Shown here piece by piece: positions 23,098-36,139 of a stretch of DNA of 64,000 nucleotides (its first letter is position 1; every line of letters begins with the position of its first letter). The stretch comes from Ramazzottius varieornatus. Lineage: Eukaryota; Animalia; Tardigrada. Position numbers and translations under genes: made by a program. Below the pieces are notes generated by a model that saw only the letters and a program-made list of their open reading frames with translations, ran no database searches and was not told the origin of the DNA. Where the stretch lies: the NCBI GenBank assembly GCA_001949185.1, contig BDGG01000007.1:1632730-1696729 (forward strand), given 5' to 3'.

Positions 23098-24943
23098 ATG
23101 GTCGTCCTGTCGAAGCAGACGCAAGACTGGCTGCAGCACGTTACCGCTTCCGACATTAAAGTCTGCGTCCTCGGCCTCACTCGTAAGTCGCCTCTCTCAG
23201 CAGTCAGCACGCTGGACGGACATCCCGACCAGATCGTGAATCTTCTAATGGTAGATGAGTGCAACAAAATCAACAGGAAGTCATCAGTCTAAACTAATTA
23301 CGAAGAATTTGTGTGTGCACTATGTAATGTAGATATCGTGTCATGTCATATCATATGACAATATCATCCGTAATAGGCCGCTGCAGTTGGAACGAAGGAC
23401 TTTTCTTAGAGTTCGAAACAGCGATTGCTGGGCTGGGCTTGAAGGAAGATGGATGGTTTCGCGGAATTTTGATGAACATGTTTGTGTGTTTGCAGTGACG
23501 ACAGACTCGCCGAAGCTGCTGTGGTTGACGGTGACATGCGGTCTGGTTTCTGTTGGTTTGATTAGTGGGCGGTCGCGGTCGTTTCTGCTGAAAGTGTGGC
23601 GCCAGACTTGTGCCTACGTTTCCCGGCTCTTGTACCCTCCCTTACCCACAGAGCTGCCGCCGCCGACAGCTTGTGCAAACAGGCAAAGAGGCAGTACCAG
23701 CGGCCTTCCATTGCTGAAAATGGGTCAAAAGATGACAGTGATAACCTCGGTGCAGCTCGATACCGACCCCGAAGTCGACCAAATCCTCATGTCTTCATAC
23801 GAAGTGGTCGACCGACCGCGCCTTCGCCCTGCCATGAAGGACGCTCAGACCTCGCCGCTGACCATTCAGCATCTGGACGTGGGCATCAACACCATCGTCT
23901 CCCGTAAGAGCCGCGGCTGTTCGCCCCTGTCCGTCGGCGAGCTCAGCGACCACGACGAACTGCTGCTCATCTTCGGCGAGGCAAGTGGCAACGGGGAAGG
24001 AGGAATCAATGGAGGGACCAGCGGCAGCTTCTTGGACGGCGGACAGGGCGACCATTCGGAGCTGTACGAAAAGCTGGAGAAGATTCAGAAGCAGCTGCAG
24101 GAAGCCAACCAGGAGATGGACCAGACCATGAACCGGATGGCCGAACTGTCCCAGAAGCACTTTTACGCCCAGGAATCTCCATGTAAGTCTCCTTTGTTGC
24201 TTTGTCTGCCAAGTAGTTGAGCAATGTCCTTGCCCTTAGACATGCCGGCTGAAGAAGAGGCCTCTTCGCAGCTGGACTATGGACATGTGCTGGACAAGCT
24301 TCGGGCCATACAAGGCGGCGCATGGGAGCGGCAGCCAGCAGCCCAGTCTTCTGCCGATTCGGCCCACAACGGCCTGATCTGGGAGGACGAGTTTGCTGGT
24401 CCGCCACTGGGAACAAACTGTGCCATCAAGCCTGTGCGTTACTCACTCGACAACCTGACACTGTGGCAGTCGGAGCTAGGTCTCTACTCCAACCTGCACA
24501 CACCTCACAACCGCTATAGCCTTCCTCCTCAATCATCCTTTAACTCTACCCCCATGCCCAAGAACCTTTTCCCCACACCAGTTTGCACTCCTAGCCCCAT
24601 CTTGTCACCGGTTCAGCCTGCTGCACATAGCAATAATAATAAGCACTGTCTGCAGTGCCTGTTGGAAGCCGGTGACTTTGACAAGGCCACAGAGAAGAGT
24701 GAGGGCAAGCCAGAGCGGCCTTTATCGGCGCCCGGTCGCAGCTCCTACAGCAGCTTGAGCAGCACTTGCTGCGGCGCCAGTGTCTCCTGTGATTGCTGCA
24801 TGTCTTCCGCCAGCTCTCCCCTACACTGTCCTTCCCATGGCCACACTTGTCGCAGTGTCCCTCTTGGCTCACCTCCTGCTCACCGTTCGCCCTTGCATGA
24901 TCGTGTACCCAAAATGAAGCAGCCGCAGCAGCAACCAGCGTGA
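23098..24943 (+). CDS. Unknown protein with N-terminal hydrophobic segment, coiled coil and Ser/Pro/Cys-rich tail, 3 exons
   Basis: ORFs 23098, 23387 and 24224 join through GT-AG introns; LLWLTVTCGLVSVGLI; ELYEKLEKIQKQLQEANQEMDQTMNRMAEL. Confidence 0.6.
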
Positions 24944-25246
24944 AAGACAACGCCAATCGCTCTTCCTTCATTTCTCTCAAGCTTTCGCAGGCACAGTTTA
25001 ACGTAGACGTACAAAAGTCGAGTATTGATAAACCGATGATAACTTATGGGTGAATCTGCTGAGTGCGTCCTGCCTTGTGGGTTTTTGTAAGCTGGTTTGG
25101 ATGGTTTCGTACCTTTGTACATTAATTTTGTCCGTTTTCTCTGTGCCAACGTGCGGTTATTGCTACTAGGCAAAAGGTTTGCTGGTGCGGACGGCAGAAG
25201 GTCAGAAATAAATTAAGTAAATTGATGGGACGGCCAAATGGAAGCG

Positions 25247-28200
25247 TTACTTGTCGAGAATGATGCCGGACATCAGTCGGAAGGGTTTGCTGTCGAACAG
25301 TGGGCGAAGGTCGTCCAACAGCGCAATGTTGTAAAAATTCTGGTAGGCTGCCTTCACCTCCACCAAATCAATCTGCAAGAAGAGAAAAAGGGTTTATATT
25401 TGTCCTCAAGCCGGGACTTTACTAGGCAGACTTTAGCTTAAGGACAGTACTTCGGAACGAGAAACAATCAGCCTAATGAGGTTCCTGGCATCATTGTTCT
25501 GGATGTACTCGTTCAGACAGTAGGCGAAGAAGCTGACGCGATCCTCCACGCACAACACTGCAAGGACAGAATATGCAGCTATCATGGCGGTGACCTTAAA
25601 GCGAGTGAAGGGAAGGACGGCAGGTGCTTTTGTACTGTACCAAGAAGGCGCATGGCCTCGGCAAATTCTGCGCTGAAGAGGGGCTCCAAGGCTGTCAAAA
25701 CGTCGATGCCGGCAAACCGTCGGAATGTGCGAAAAGTTTCGCGCAGTTGTTCGCGACTGCGGCCAGTCAGAATCTGGACGAAAAAGTCAATTTGCGGACT
25801 GTCGCGGTAAAACTGCTGGTACATTTCTCGCGCATCCGTTTCGGCCATCATCTTGTCCACTGTCCAGCCCACTTCCCGCTTGCCTTCCGACAGCTCACAC
25901 AACAACAGCCGAACCGGCATACTAGCCGTAAAATGCTTTTCCATATCGCTCGACACACTGACGTTATATTCTGCAAATATAATATTCGTGATGCGTTACA
26001 AGAAATGACCCGAAAATTCGTCGAGGCCTCCAGCGCGGCCTTACTTTTGGAATATTGCTGTCCGATGCCGTGCAGCTCCTTGACAGTTTTGCTACAAAGG
26101 ATTTCCAGCAAGGCAAAGCTGGTTTCATTGCCGTTCTCGATCAGCTCGTGCAAAAAGGTGGCATCAAACTCTTCGCTCTTCATCAGTAGTGCCGCCATGA
26201 AGAAATCGAGCTCTTCACCCACCGTCTCCATAATCTCTTCGATCATATCCTACGAGGCAAAAAACCCCTTTCGATGTGTAGAAGAGACGATAATTACAGC
26301 AAAGGCACCTAGGCAAGACCGGTCGGCGCTTACAGAATCGAAGACTTCGCGGTAGACGGACTTTAAGACTTGTCTTTGATGGTTGGTCTTTGAGCAGATC
26401 AGGTAAATTAGTGGAAGATCATTAGAAGCTAGCAAGGGAGAAGGCCAACCGTGATCAGACAGAGTAGGTCATGTGGCGCAGGTAGCAGACTTACGGTAAT
26501 GTTGCATGGCGATGCGCATGTCGTGGACATCACGGTAAGGATCAAAGCTCTTTAAGGGTGACACTGTGCCATGCGTCTGTAATTAAAGAAGGGAAGGCAC
26601 TGGTCCTCTCTGTCGAGACACGTAAATGGTTGGCCACAACTTACAAAGAACTTGAACTTGGTGTCGACTGGCGCTGGCAGGCCTCCATTATGGCCACTGC
26701 CGTGTCCCGAACCCGAGGCGGAAGCAGTGCCGTTGGACTTGGCTGGCACTTGGCCATTGCCGACGGCACTTTTGGCCTTGGGCTGGCTTCGCTGCTTGGC
26801 CCCAATGATGCGCTTCATGACGTTGAACAAGGGAGGCTCGACGATGGTCTGCAGGTCCGACAGGAAACGACGATCGTATTTCTCCTCGTAGTACTCCACA
26901 ATGTCCCCAATGTTAGTCTACAATAAAGATATCAAGAAAGACAGACAAGGATTACGGAAAGATGGGCAGGAAAAAAGAACAGATGAAGGCAGCAAGATGG
27001 AAGGATGGCACAAAGCAACAGCAACAATTTCAAGCAGAGCACACCATCTTGCCAACATAAGTCCATGACAGACAACGAAACGAACGGGTCAACTTGACAG
27101 TTTCAGTCTATCTTGGGCTGTCGAATCTTCTCCTTACCTCAACGGCGTTGGCGAAGACTTTGACGAGACTGTCGACGTTTCCATCCAAGAGAAAGTGCAT
27201 CATCTTCTTTGCGAACACGTTGGGCGTACTGCTGATGGCATAATCTATGGACAGGCATATGATGTTACACGACGAGGCGCTGACGAGAGACGAAACCCGG
27301 AAGTCAACTTCCCTCAACAGCTTTCAAGCTTAGTAGTCTATCATATTCCTTTACCAAAAGCTTCCATACAGCGTAGGAATTCGACCGAGCACTCTGCTTC
27401 CACCACATCCAGAAAGTTCTCGCCGGTAACCTGCGCCGCGACAGAAAAGGGTTTTTTTTGGCTCGATCGATATTGTACAAAGTAGCCTTGATCGATACCT
27501 CTTCGAAATCATAGATGACGTCGCGAACGTGAGCGTGACAGCGTGTTTGTAGTAAGTGATGGAGCTTACCGTCACGCGATATCCACCGTTGCGTCTTTGG
27601 AGCCTACATGGAAGAAAAGTGCACTCTATCGCCCTTATACCACTGCCAAAAAGCCGCACCCGGAAACGGTCGCGCTTAACGGGCGGAAAGGCAGTGTGGG
27701 GGAAAGAAGGAATAAGTACGTACTTTGGCTAAAAGCATCGCGTCTTTACGGATATTCATCTCGTTGGGCGCATAACTGCCTTCGCTGAATTCACCCTGTC
27801 AACAGCCCACGTCTCATCTTCAAAGAAGGCAAAAGTAGTGAAAGATGAGTACCTTGCATATGCCCAGTAGAAAAGCCTTGACACCGGCGTCCTGTACATC
27901 TTCCAGCTCCTCCACAATGCTGATATCCTGCTCTGCAACCAACACAACAGATGGTTGACTTCCTTGTCCAACGGATGGAAGGCTCACCAATATACAGTAG
28001 CCTTAACTTACGCTTAGTGTATTCGGCCGATACCACCGCCAAAGCCTGAATAGGACAAAAGACCATCAAATCTCCGGCACTTTTCCCATCGATCGGGCGG
28101 AAGGCATTATATAGGAAAAGCACTTACAATGTTTGTCCGTAAACAGAAAAACTCCACCAGCTCGCGATGGTAAAAGTCCGCTTTCTACCACGATAACAGA

Positions 28201-28667
28201 AACGATCCGAATGAAGATAATAACTATGAAGTGACGATGTTAAGGAGCCAAAGTAAGAAGTGGAGGGGAAGGTACCTGGAAGTAGACCACCAATTCGGTC
28301 ACATCGGCTTGGACACGGTCCGTCAAGAGTTCTTTGATGAGGGAATGGATGGAGGTGTCACAGACGCTGAGAAGGTCGTCTTGAAGCTCGCTCTGGGTCA
28401 AGGCTTGATACAGCCGACAAACTTCCAGTCGGGCTGCCCATCGCCACGTCGATAAGGTCTCGATCAGCTCCTCTAACGTCTCCTCTACAGATAGAAACTA
28501 TGCTTATCATTTGCTTCACTTTGCCCCAACATCCACTTCTCTCTGACAAAGATGGATTTGACTTTCTCGCTAATACAGCAATACTTACGATCGGCAGAAT
28601 TTTGAATCTTGTCCTTGAAGGTGGCCGCTTGTCCTGCCGCGTCGAACGGTTCCCCCTTCTTCTTCAT
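25247..28667 (-). CDS. Divergent annexin with two four-repeat cores (8 repeats)
   Basis: Core 2: FDPYRDVHDMR..ICSKTNHQRQVLK, EILCSKT, AETDAREMY..ILTGRSREQLR, LIRLIVSRSEIDL; core 1: FDAAGQA..ELIETLSTWRWAARLEV, ELVEFFCLRT, RKDAMLL..LLQTRCHAHVR, VFAKKM..; G/S-rich linker. Confidence 0.8.
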
Positions 28668-29259
28668 GCTTGCTTCCCCTCAACTGCTGCAAAGTTTCTC
28701 CGGAAACACTCCACCACACGGTTAATTGAGCTCCGTATGCAAGTTAACGATAGAAGGCAAATACTGTACCAGCACAGTCATCCCCAACATGATACACTAC
28801 ACAGACACTGCGTCTTTTCTCACTCAACGATGCAAATCAATATTCGTAACTACCAAAGGAATAGAGGGGACTACCGCCAGCAGAGCCTCAATGTGATTAC
28901 GAAGGAGACGGCTAAGGCCAGTGCATCCTTGTTCGTTCACCTGCCGACTTAAAATCAATTTATACAGCCTCCCCACGACTCCGCTACGTCTTTTTATCCA
29001 CTGTACCTTCCCACAGAAGGCTTACCCCGTTGGCCGTAGCCCGTCTTTGTCGAGGTGCCGTAACCCCCTTGCTTCGCTTGGCTCAAGTTAAATCTCTTGT
29101 GACATTTTAATGGGAATTTCCCATATACATTATGGCATCAGTAAATAAGGTCTACTTATGTCGAACATTCAAGCAGCGGGAAAGGTGGACACAATCACCG
29201 TGGAAATTACCTTGATCAGAGAGCAGACACGCAAGCACTTGTCTGAAAAGCTGTTAAGG

Positions 29260-30861
29260 TCAGGCCGCCGTGGAAGGCTTAATCTTGATGGGTGCGTGGT
29301 TGGGCGTCCAAGGGCCCAGGCTGTTCTTGGCGTAAAAGTCCATGGGATAGTCGGCCGACAACTTGGCCGTATCGAGTGCCACCGTTAACTCATAGGGTGA
29401 CAAGAGCGGCTTGTGGAAGGCCGTGCCCCAGTCGATGGACAAGCGCGGACAGGCAATCTGCACCCACGCTTCCACGTATCCAAACAGCGCCAGCTTGTCA
29501 GGAAAGACCTCCGACAGTAGCACAATAATGTACTTCTTACCGCCATCCTGCAACTTCTTTTCCATCGTCTCTAGAACCTTCGGCGAACCTTGCCGACCTG
29601 CAAAAGCCACCATGAACGACAAGAGCGTTTCGGTTAGTGGGAAAAACTCACCGAGGGTTCCCCAGACAATGCCAAAGAGCTGCGCGGTAGCCGCCTGCTT
29701 TATGGCGGCTTCTCGGTTGGACAACATGCGCGGCATGTCGTACGAGTCCCGAGAGAGAGACTTGGTGTAGGGATCGTACTTGTAGGCTTGCAAGTCGGGG
29801 TTAGCTATCATGGCGGCCTCCAAGTGAAACCGACCATCACCGACGTACAGCAGCATGTCCACATCTCGAATTTTTGGCGCTGTACAACCCAAAATTTCAC
29901 CCGGCGATAACGGATGACTTTGCGGGATGGTCACCGAGTAGCCCTGCGAACGCAGTTCCTCGCCCAAAACCTACAATTAAAACCGTTAACCAGCCTCAAG
30001 TCAGTGTGGAAAGACCATACAAGGCTTACATGCAAGGAAGCGACGAACTGGATGGTGCTGACCATGGCTATGCGTGTCGAAGGAGGAAAGTTCTTCTGCA
30101 CAGTGGCCAGCAGATGCTGCTGGTCAAAGGCAATGTCCACGAAGACGTACAGCATCTTTAGTCCGTGGGTGATGTCGATGGGCACCAGGCAGCTGTGTCC
30201 GTAATGCACCATAAAGTCACAACCCAACGCTCGTGCCGTAAAGTCATCCACGCAGCAGGCCCCATATGTGACATCACCCATTATCACCGTCTCGCACTTG
30301 GTAAATCTGTAAATGCCATTTCGTTACTGCGGATCCTTACAACGCATTACAGTACATGCATGACATCACATTACGTTTCCCTTCCGCAATTTTTTCCTCG
30401 TTCAACTGGCGCAACTCAGCAGAGTACAGACACTCTAAAGTGCGCCAGCCTTTGGCCAACCGCTTTTCGACTAAGGTGTCTAACAAGTATCCTCCTACCG
30501 TTCAATAATGTCGGCAATGGGACAGGCAAACAGTAGAAGGCCTTCGGGAAACTGTAACGCCACTCGTTTAGCTTCGGCGCAACGAATGCGCCAGATGGTC
30601 TTTGGCAACTCGAAGCTGTAGTTGGACGGTAACTTGGCCACCTCGGTTCGTAACAGCGGATCGTTCAATAACTCTTCTGGGATCTTGTTAATTAATACCC
30701 GATTCTTTGCAGCTGTAACAGAATAAACTGAGAGTTGAGAACTGGAGAGCCATCGGCTGTACCGGTTTTTACAGAGGGTACTTACCTGAAGCACCAAAGA
30801 CTTTTCGGTTGGGATCCGCCGCAACGACCAGCGCACGACCAGATGCTCCTTCGGTGGCCAT
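29260..30861 (-). CDS. DPH1: Diphthamide biosynthesis protein 1
   Basis: [64 protein letters not shown]. Confidence 0.95.
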
Positions 30862-31412
30862 CCAGACAAAGCCCGATAATGCCCTGATTGATAGTACCTA
30901 TAACGTGTCAGAAACAGTTCTGTTCTGTGGCAAACTAGGTTAACTGAGAACTCGAAAGTCGAGGTTCTGGAATCTGGCACGGGAAATCAAACTAATTTGA
31001 AAATTGAAATCCGACCTGTCAAATGTAATGTTATACTGATGACATGACATAAAAAAGTATAGCATTCGGTTCTTGTTTCTCGGTCGATTGATTCTTGATT
31101 AATCATAAACATTCTTTTTGAGTTTTGACAATTCAAACTTCAAAGTCTGCCTCCATGTTCTAAGTTCCAACATTCTTCTTCCAACGCTAAAGCCTACAAG
31201 TTCTTATATCGTCGTGTTATCGTGTTATGATACTAGTTTTCAGTGACATTCAGTCTACTGTGCTACCTGCTATCTTGGTTGAAGTTTTGTCGTGGGTTGG
31301 CTGGAACTTGAGGCTGAAGAGAAACCAAAGGATCAGCCACGAGGTCAACGGGAGAGGAAACTCGCGAACCTGCTGCCTTTGCCACGACTGGTTGTTCACA
31401 GGAAAATTTGTG

Positions 31413-32193
31413 ATGATGTCCCACAAGAAATTGGCCAAATACTTGAAGACGTGAGTAGCCTTAGTAGTAGGTGCTACCCGACGAGCGGAAGCCTACTGGT
31501 GGATAATGTTTGTATTTTTAGGAAGACGAAACGACTGTTTGGACTTGATAAAGAAATCCCTGCGCAGACAGCAGGTATATCAGCTAGAATACCTTCCAAA
31601 CTCAGCCAGATTCACAGAAGACCTACCATATTGTTTGTTGTGTTGCAGACGGTCTTCCTCGGGATAATCGACAGGGTGGTCTATATGCAGCTTTGCTGGA
31701 AGAGCAGGAGACGAAAGAACGAATCCGTCGCACTCTGGAGTGCCCCATATGCACTGACATTATGCTGGATCCCATTATTCTGGAATGTGGCCATACGTTT
31801 TGCTTCCACTGCTTCGCCCACGACTGCGACCGCAGGCACTCCACTACTCTTGTTTGCTGCTTGTGCCGTGACAATATCAGCAGTAAGTCACTTCCAGACA
31901 CCTGTCAAGGGACTGAAACAGTTTTGATCGTTGCACGTGTCTATGTTGTTTCAGGAGCAGTAATAATTGCTCGTAGTCTTCGGGAAGCTATCCAAGCAGC
32001 TTTTCCATCCGAAGAAAGTCATCGCAGAGAAACGCTGACGATGTTGGATCGTCAGGCAGTTGCTCGGCTGTTAGCCAGTCAACAAAAGTCGTCCATTAGC
32101 CAGACGGTCAATCGCCATCTAACGCGCATCAAGTATGCGTCAGCTGGACTGGTCATTTTCTTGGCCTGGTTCTTCTATCCCGAAATCCCTTAA
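31413..32193 (+). CDS. RING-HC finger protein with C-terminal TM (tail-anchored E3 ligase); start codon uncertain
   Basis: CPICTDIMLDPIILECGHTFCFHC...CCLCR; C-terminal YASAGLVIFLAWFFY; upstream exons splice in frame. Confidence 0.8.
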
Positions 32194-33101
32194 AGAAGCA
32201 GCGTCCCTAGCTTCATTACGCAGATTTACTCTTGTTTCTTTGTTGCGTCGGCTGCTGGCGTGTTTTACAATAATAATGTGATGTCTAATAATGTGATGTG
32301 GGCTCCAGGCTTCAGCCTCCGCGGATACTCGGACCTTTCTTTTGGGGTGAAGATCGACTGTTCGCACATATCTTCTTCCTAGACGTCGTATCATGTACTA
32401 CTGCAATAACTTCAGTTTTTCGTCATGAGGACTCTTACAAGTTAGTTGTACCGCGTTGAGCGGTATATCAGAGCTGCGGAAGGGCTACCCCGAATCTCAG
32501 CGGGGCATTCGATTTGATTGTTGATTGATCTGTCTGGAAAAATTCTTGTCGTCCTCGTCGCCGTCGGTCTGAATCACTAATGAGCTGTTGCACCTCGCCT
32601 TGCCGGATAGTGGGACACAAGTTCAAGCGGTTGATTGATTGTGTTATGCGAATATCGAGGCGGAGCGAATATTCGTTACGTTACCGCCCATGCAACCAAA
32701 TAAATGAATGAATAAAATCAATTGAAGAAACCTTTCCGTCGGACTCTTACAAGCAAGCCGTTACACGCGGAAACACTTTTCGAATGTTCTGAAGTCTGAC
32801 AATAATGTCTTCCACGATGCAGATTAGAATATTTCTGCAGTTGATGATCCGTAAAAAGCCAGATCATGATTTGATCTCTGGACCTTCGGCGTCATGCTGA
32901 TGGTTGTTCTTCACCTATCTACGGCGCCTCTGAGTCACCTCGCATTTTGGCACACCGTTCACTGGAGACGGCAAGGTACTGCAGCTTTGAATTCTATCGA
33001 TCGTCGTTTTCGAAAAGTCGCAACAGAAATTGTTCTTGCAACCTCGGCTGACTTAATTCACTGAATGAGGGAAGAAGAAACGAGCGACCACTTAGACGAC
33101 G

Positions 33102-35445
33102 ATGGAATCTGAGGATGCAATCCCGAAGACAGCTAAGCGCGCTGCGGGAGAGGAAGCATCGTCTGCAGGAAGACTTCGTGATCGTAGCATCAATGGAAGC
33201 AATCTCGTAAGTGTGCTATGCGCGTTTAATATCTATATACCCGTTTGAACTTGCGCATCAGATCTGTGTGAGGTGCGCGACTCCTTTGGCTTGTTGTATA
33301 TTTCTTTGCGTTGACGTAGCCTTTTCGACATTCGTGGACACCGGAAATCAGCAGTAACATGCGGAGCGCAAGACGGGAAGAATTTCTAGCCAAGCGGCGC
33401 ACTGGTTCGTTCGATCAGCTGTCCTCCAACAATGCCCTGCGCTGCGTTCGCCGTCGCAGTAGCAGCTCGAAAGAACCTCTTCACCATGCCTGCGACTTGT
33501 CCCCGGTTGGCGATGCATCTTCCAGAATTGCCTTGCTGACCACTAGACTCCGATCGACGTCCTTTGCCATGGCATTTGCCGCAGTGTCTGAAATCAGGTT
33601 GGACATGCCTTGCTCCGTTTTGCTCATTGCATAATTATTTACTTGGGAGTGTTCCACTATAATTATTCTGTTGCTATAACTGCAGGAAACTCACTGCCGC
33701 AGAAGACTCTGAGCAAGTGGATATGCTGGTGAGCTTTGGTGTCCCACGACCACTGATCGAGATGCTGTCCGAATCAGCGTAAGTCACTATAAATTACTAT
33801 CCCTCGTGCACATGCCACTGTATGTATACTGCAAGTTGGGTACATATGGTTTTTTGTTCTGCAGGACTGGACTGAGGTTCGAAGCAGCCTGGGCTTTGTC
33901 CAACATCGCAGCTGGTACGCCGCAGCAGACATTAGCCGTAGTGGCGGAAGGCGCCTTGAAACCCCTGATCGCCTTGCTGGACCATATCAACAAGGACCTT
34001 GTGGCCATGGCGCTGTGGGCCATCGGAAATATCGTAGCCGACAATGGTCACTTTCGTGATTTGGCTCTGGAGAACGGCTTACTGCCTAGACTGTTACCAC
34101 TCATTGTCGTGGCCGACGAAGGGGAGAAGGACGTGCTGCACAACGTGTCGTGGCTCCTCGTCAACATGTGCCGCACAAAGAACCCACCTCCATCCACAAA
34201 GCTCATTGCGACGCTAGCGGATAAGCTGAGACTTCTGCTACACTGCCGGGACGAAAAGGTGGGAACTTTCGTCGGAAAGGCCAGAGTGTTGATATAATTA
34301 CTGTACGGGGGTATTTTGTCTGCAGATTCGAATCGACGGCGTGTGGTGTCTTGCCTATCTGTCGGACAGTACGGCGGACATGATCGACATTCTCCTGGAT
34401 GATGTCGGTGTCCTGGACCTCTTAGCAAATCTTCCAACGGCAGCACGGAACAACGTTAGCTTTCTGGTACAGTATCAGCTGGCAACCTGCCTCGGTTACA
34501 CCCGGCATCTAACTTTATCAACTGATGTTTCAATCGTTCTTGACAGTTGGGTGGAGTAAGGACCATCGGCAACCTTCTGTCAGGGTCCGATGCACAATGC
34601 GACGCCGTCATCGCAGCAGGCTTTGTTCCACTGTTGGTCCAGCTTCTTGGGCATCCACACGTGACCATCCAAAAAGTATGATTGCTTCGATCTTGCTTAT
34701 ACCTTCGATACAGGACTCTTATCTTCGGTCTTGTAGGAGACCTTGTCATGCTTGGCCAACGTTTCAGCCGGCTCGTCCGCTCAAATCCAGGCTATCCTGA
34801 GCAATGCTGGTTTACTCTCGCAGATCGTTTCCTTCGTCGGAAAGGTGCTAGTTCCACGCTGCAACTGTTCGAAGCTACTCTGAGGTATATTTATGATGTT
34901 TCGGCAGGACAACAGTGCTTTACAAGAAGAAGCTTTGTGGATAATAGCCAACATTGCCCAGGGCGGAAGTCTGGCACAGATAACAGATGTGTTGGAGACG
35001 GAGCCCCTCAAGCCGTTATGTCGGCTTCTCCATAGCCGTAATATCCATCTAGTGAAACTAACCCTGGAAACCATACTTCGCCTGCTGAAGCGTTGTCCCA
35101 GCGACTTTTTCAAGACGCTGCGCAACTTTATCGAGACGTGCGGAGGCCTGCGAAAGACTGAGCTTCTCTTGCTCAATGACGACGATCTGACTTACGAATT
35201 GTGCTACGAAATAATCGACTTGTGCTCCAGAGAAAACAACGAAGAGAGGGTGGGATTTTTGAAGTGCTTTTGGGGATTACTTTTGCAGGATGGTTCATCG
35301 AAATTGACTACATGACTCTGTTGTTGTTCTGCAGGAGCCCGCCGTCATTCTGCCAGATCTGGCCGTCCTGGACTTTGATATTCCTCATCTCTCCTCGGCA
35401 CTTGACTTTAGCCAACAGCTTGATCGCCCACAGGCGGCTTCATGA
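33102..35445 (+). CDS. Divergent importin-alpha (karyopherin alpha)
   Basis: IBB-like MRSARREEFLAKRR; ARM repeats FEAAWALSNIAAG, LWAIGNIVAD, WLLVNMCRTKNPPP, WCLAYLSD, EALWIIANIAQGG, IETCGGL. Confidence 0.88.
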
Positions 35446-35603
35446 TCGCTGTACCTCGGCATCTTTCCACCACTGTTGCCTTCTCAGTACTTTCTTAAAG
35501 TACTTAGTTGTTGATCTTTTGCTTCTTCAGCTCGGCCCGTTAATTTGTCACTTGAAGTTTTCTGGTTTTTACTTTTTTAACAGCTGGTTTTTCGCCATGC
35601 TGC

Positions 35604-35938
35604 TATAGAAGGCTCGGCGAAGCTAAAATTAGCCGTTCCTAGTCGTGGCTAAAAATATTTTAGCCGCGGCTAAAGCAGCTAAAGTACTTTTAGCCACGGC
35701 TAAAATGTATTGTGCGTTNNNNNNNNNNNNNNNNNNNNNNNNNNNNNNNNNNNNNNNNNNNNNNNNNNATTGTGCGTTCATTGATTTATTGATGTTGAGT
35801 CGGCTAAAATAGTTTTGGCATCAATAAAAAATTCGAGCGCACAATACATTCTAGCCGTGGCTAAAAGTATTTTAGCTGCTTTAGCCGCGGCTGAGAACGG
35901 CTAAAACGGCTTATTTTAGCTTCGCCGAGCCTTCTATA
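35604..35938. mobile_element. Non-autonomous TIR element with 8-bp TSD, superfamily uncertain (hAT or P-like)
   Basis: TIR TATAGAAGGCTCGGCGAAGCTAAAAT at both ends; flanks CATGCTGC / CATGGTGC; internal TAGCCG(C/T)GGCTAAA-type repeats. Confidence 0.8.
35719..35768. other. Assembly gap (50 N)
   Basis: N run with the same ATTGTGCGTT on both sides, suggesting overlapping contig ends. Confidence 0.95.
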
Positions 35939-36139
35939 CATGGTGCTGTTACAGCTGTATCTACACAGTTTGAAAGAAATCCAAATTCTCCCGTTTGATT
36001 TGTAAGGAACCATATAATGCTGTGATAGATTATCTATCAAACACGAAGAATGTGCTACGGCAGTTTCCGTTGATGGACACTGGGCACCGCGGGCTGCGGT
36101 GGGCAGTAAGCGAGCTGACGAGTTCTGACAGCCACAGGG

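Noticed and set aside
25624-26355. 243-aa plus-strand ORF
   Set aside because: Antisense shadow of annexin exons
14458-35445. Importin-7 and importin-alpha as a functional cluster
   Set aside because: About 15 kb and five unrelated genes apart; chance proximity in a compact genome is sufficient
35640-35920. TAGCCGCGGCTAAA-type repeats as a CRISPR-like array
   Set aside because: Short irregular subterminal repeats inside a TIR element; eukaryotic context and no cas genes
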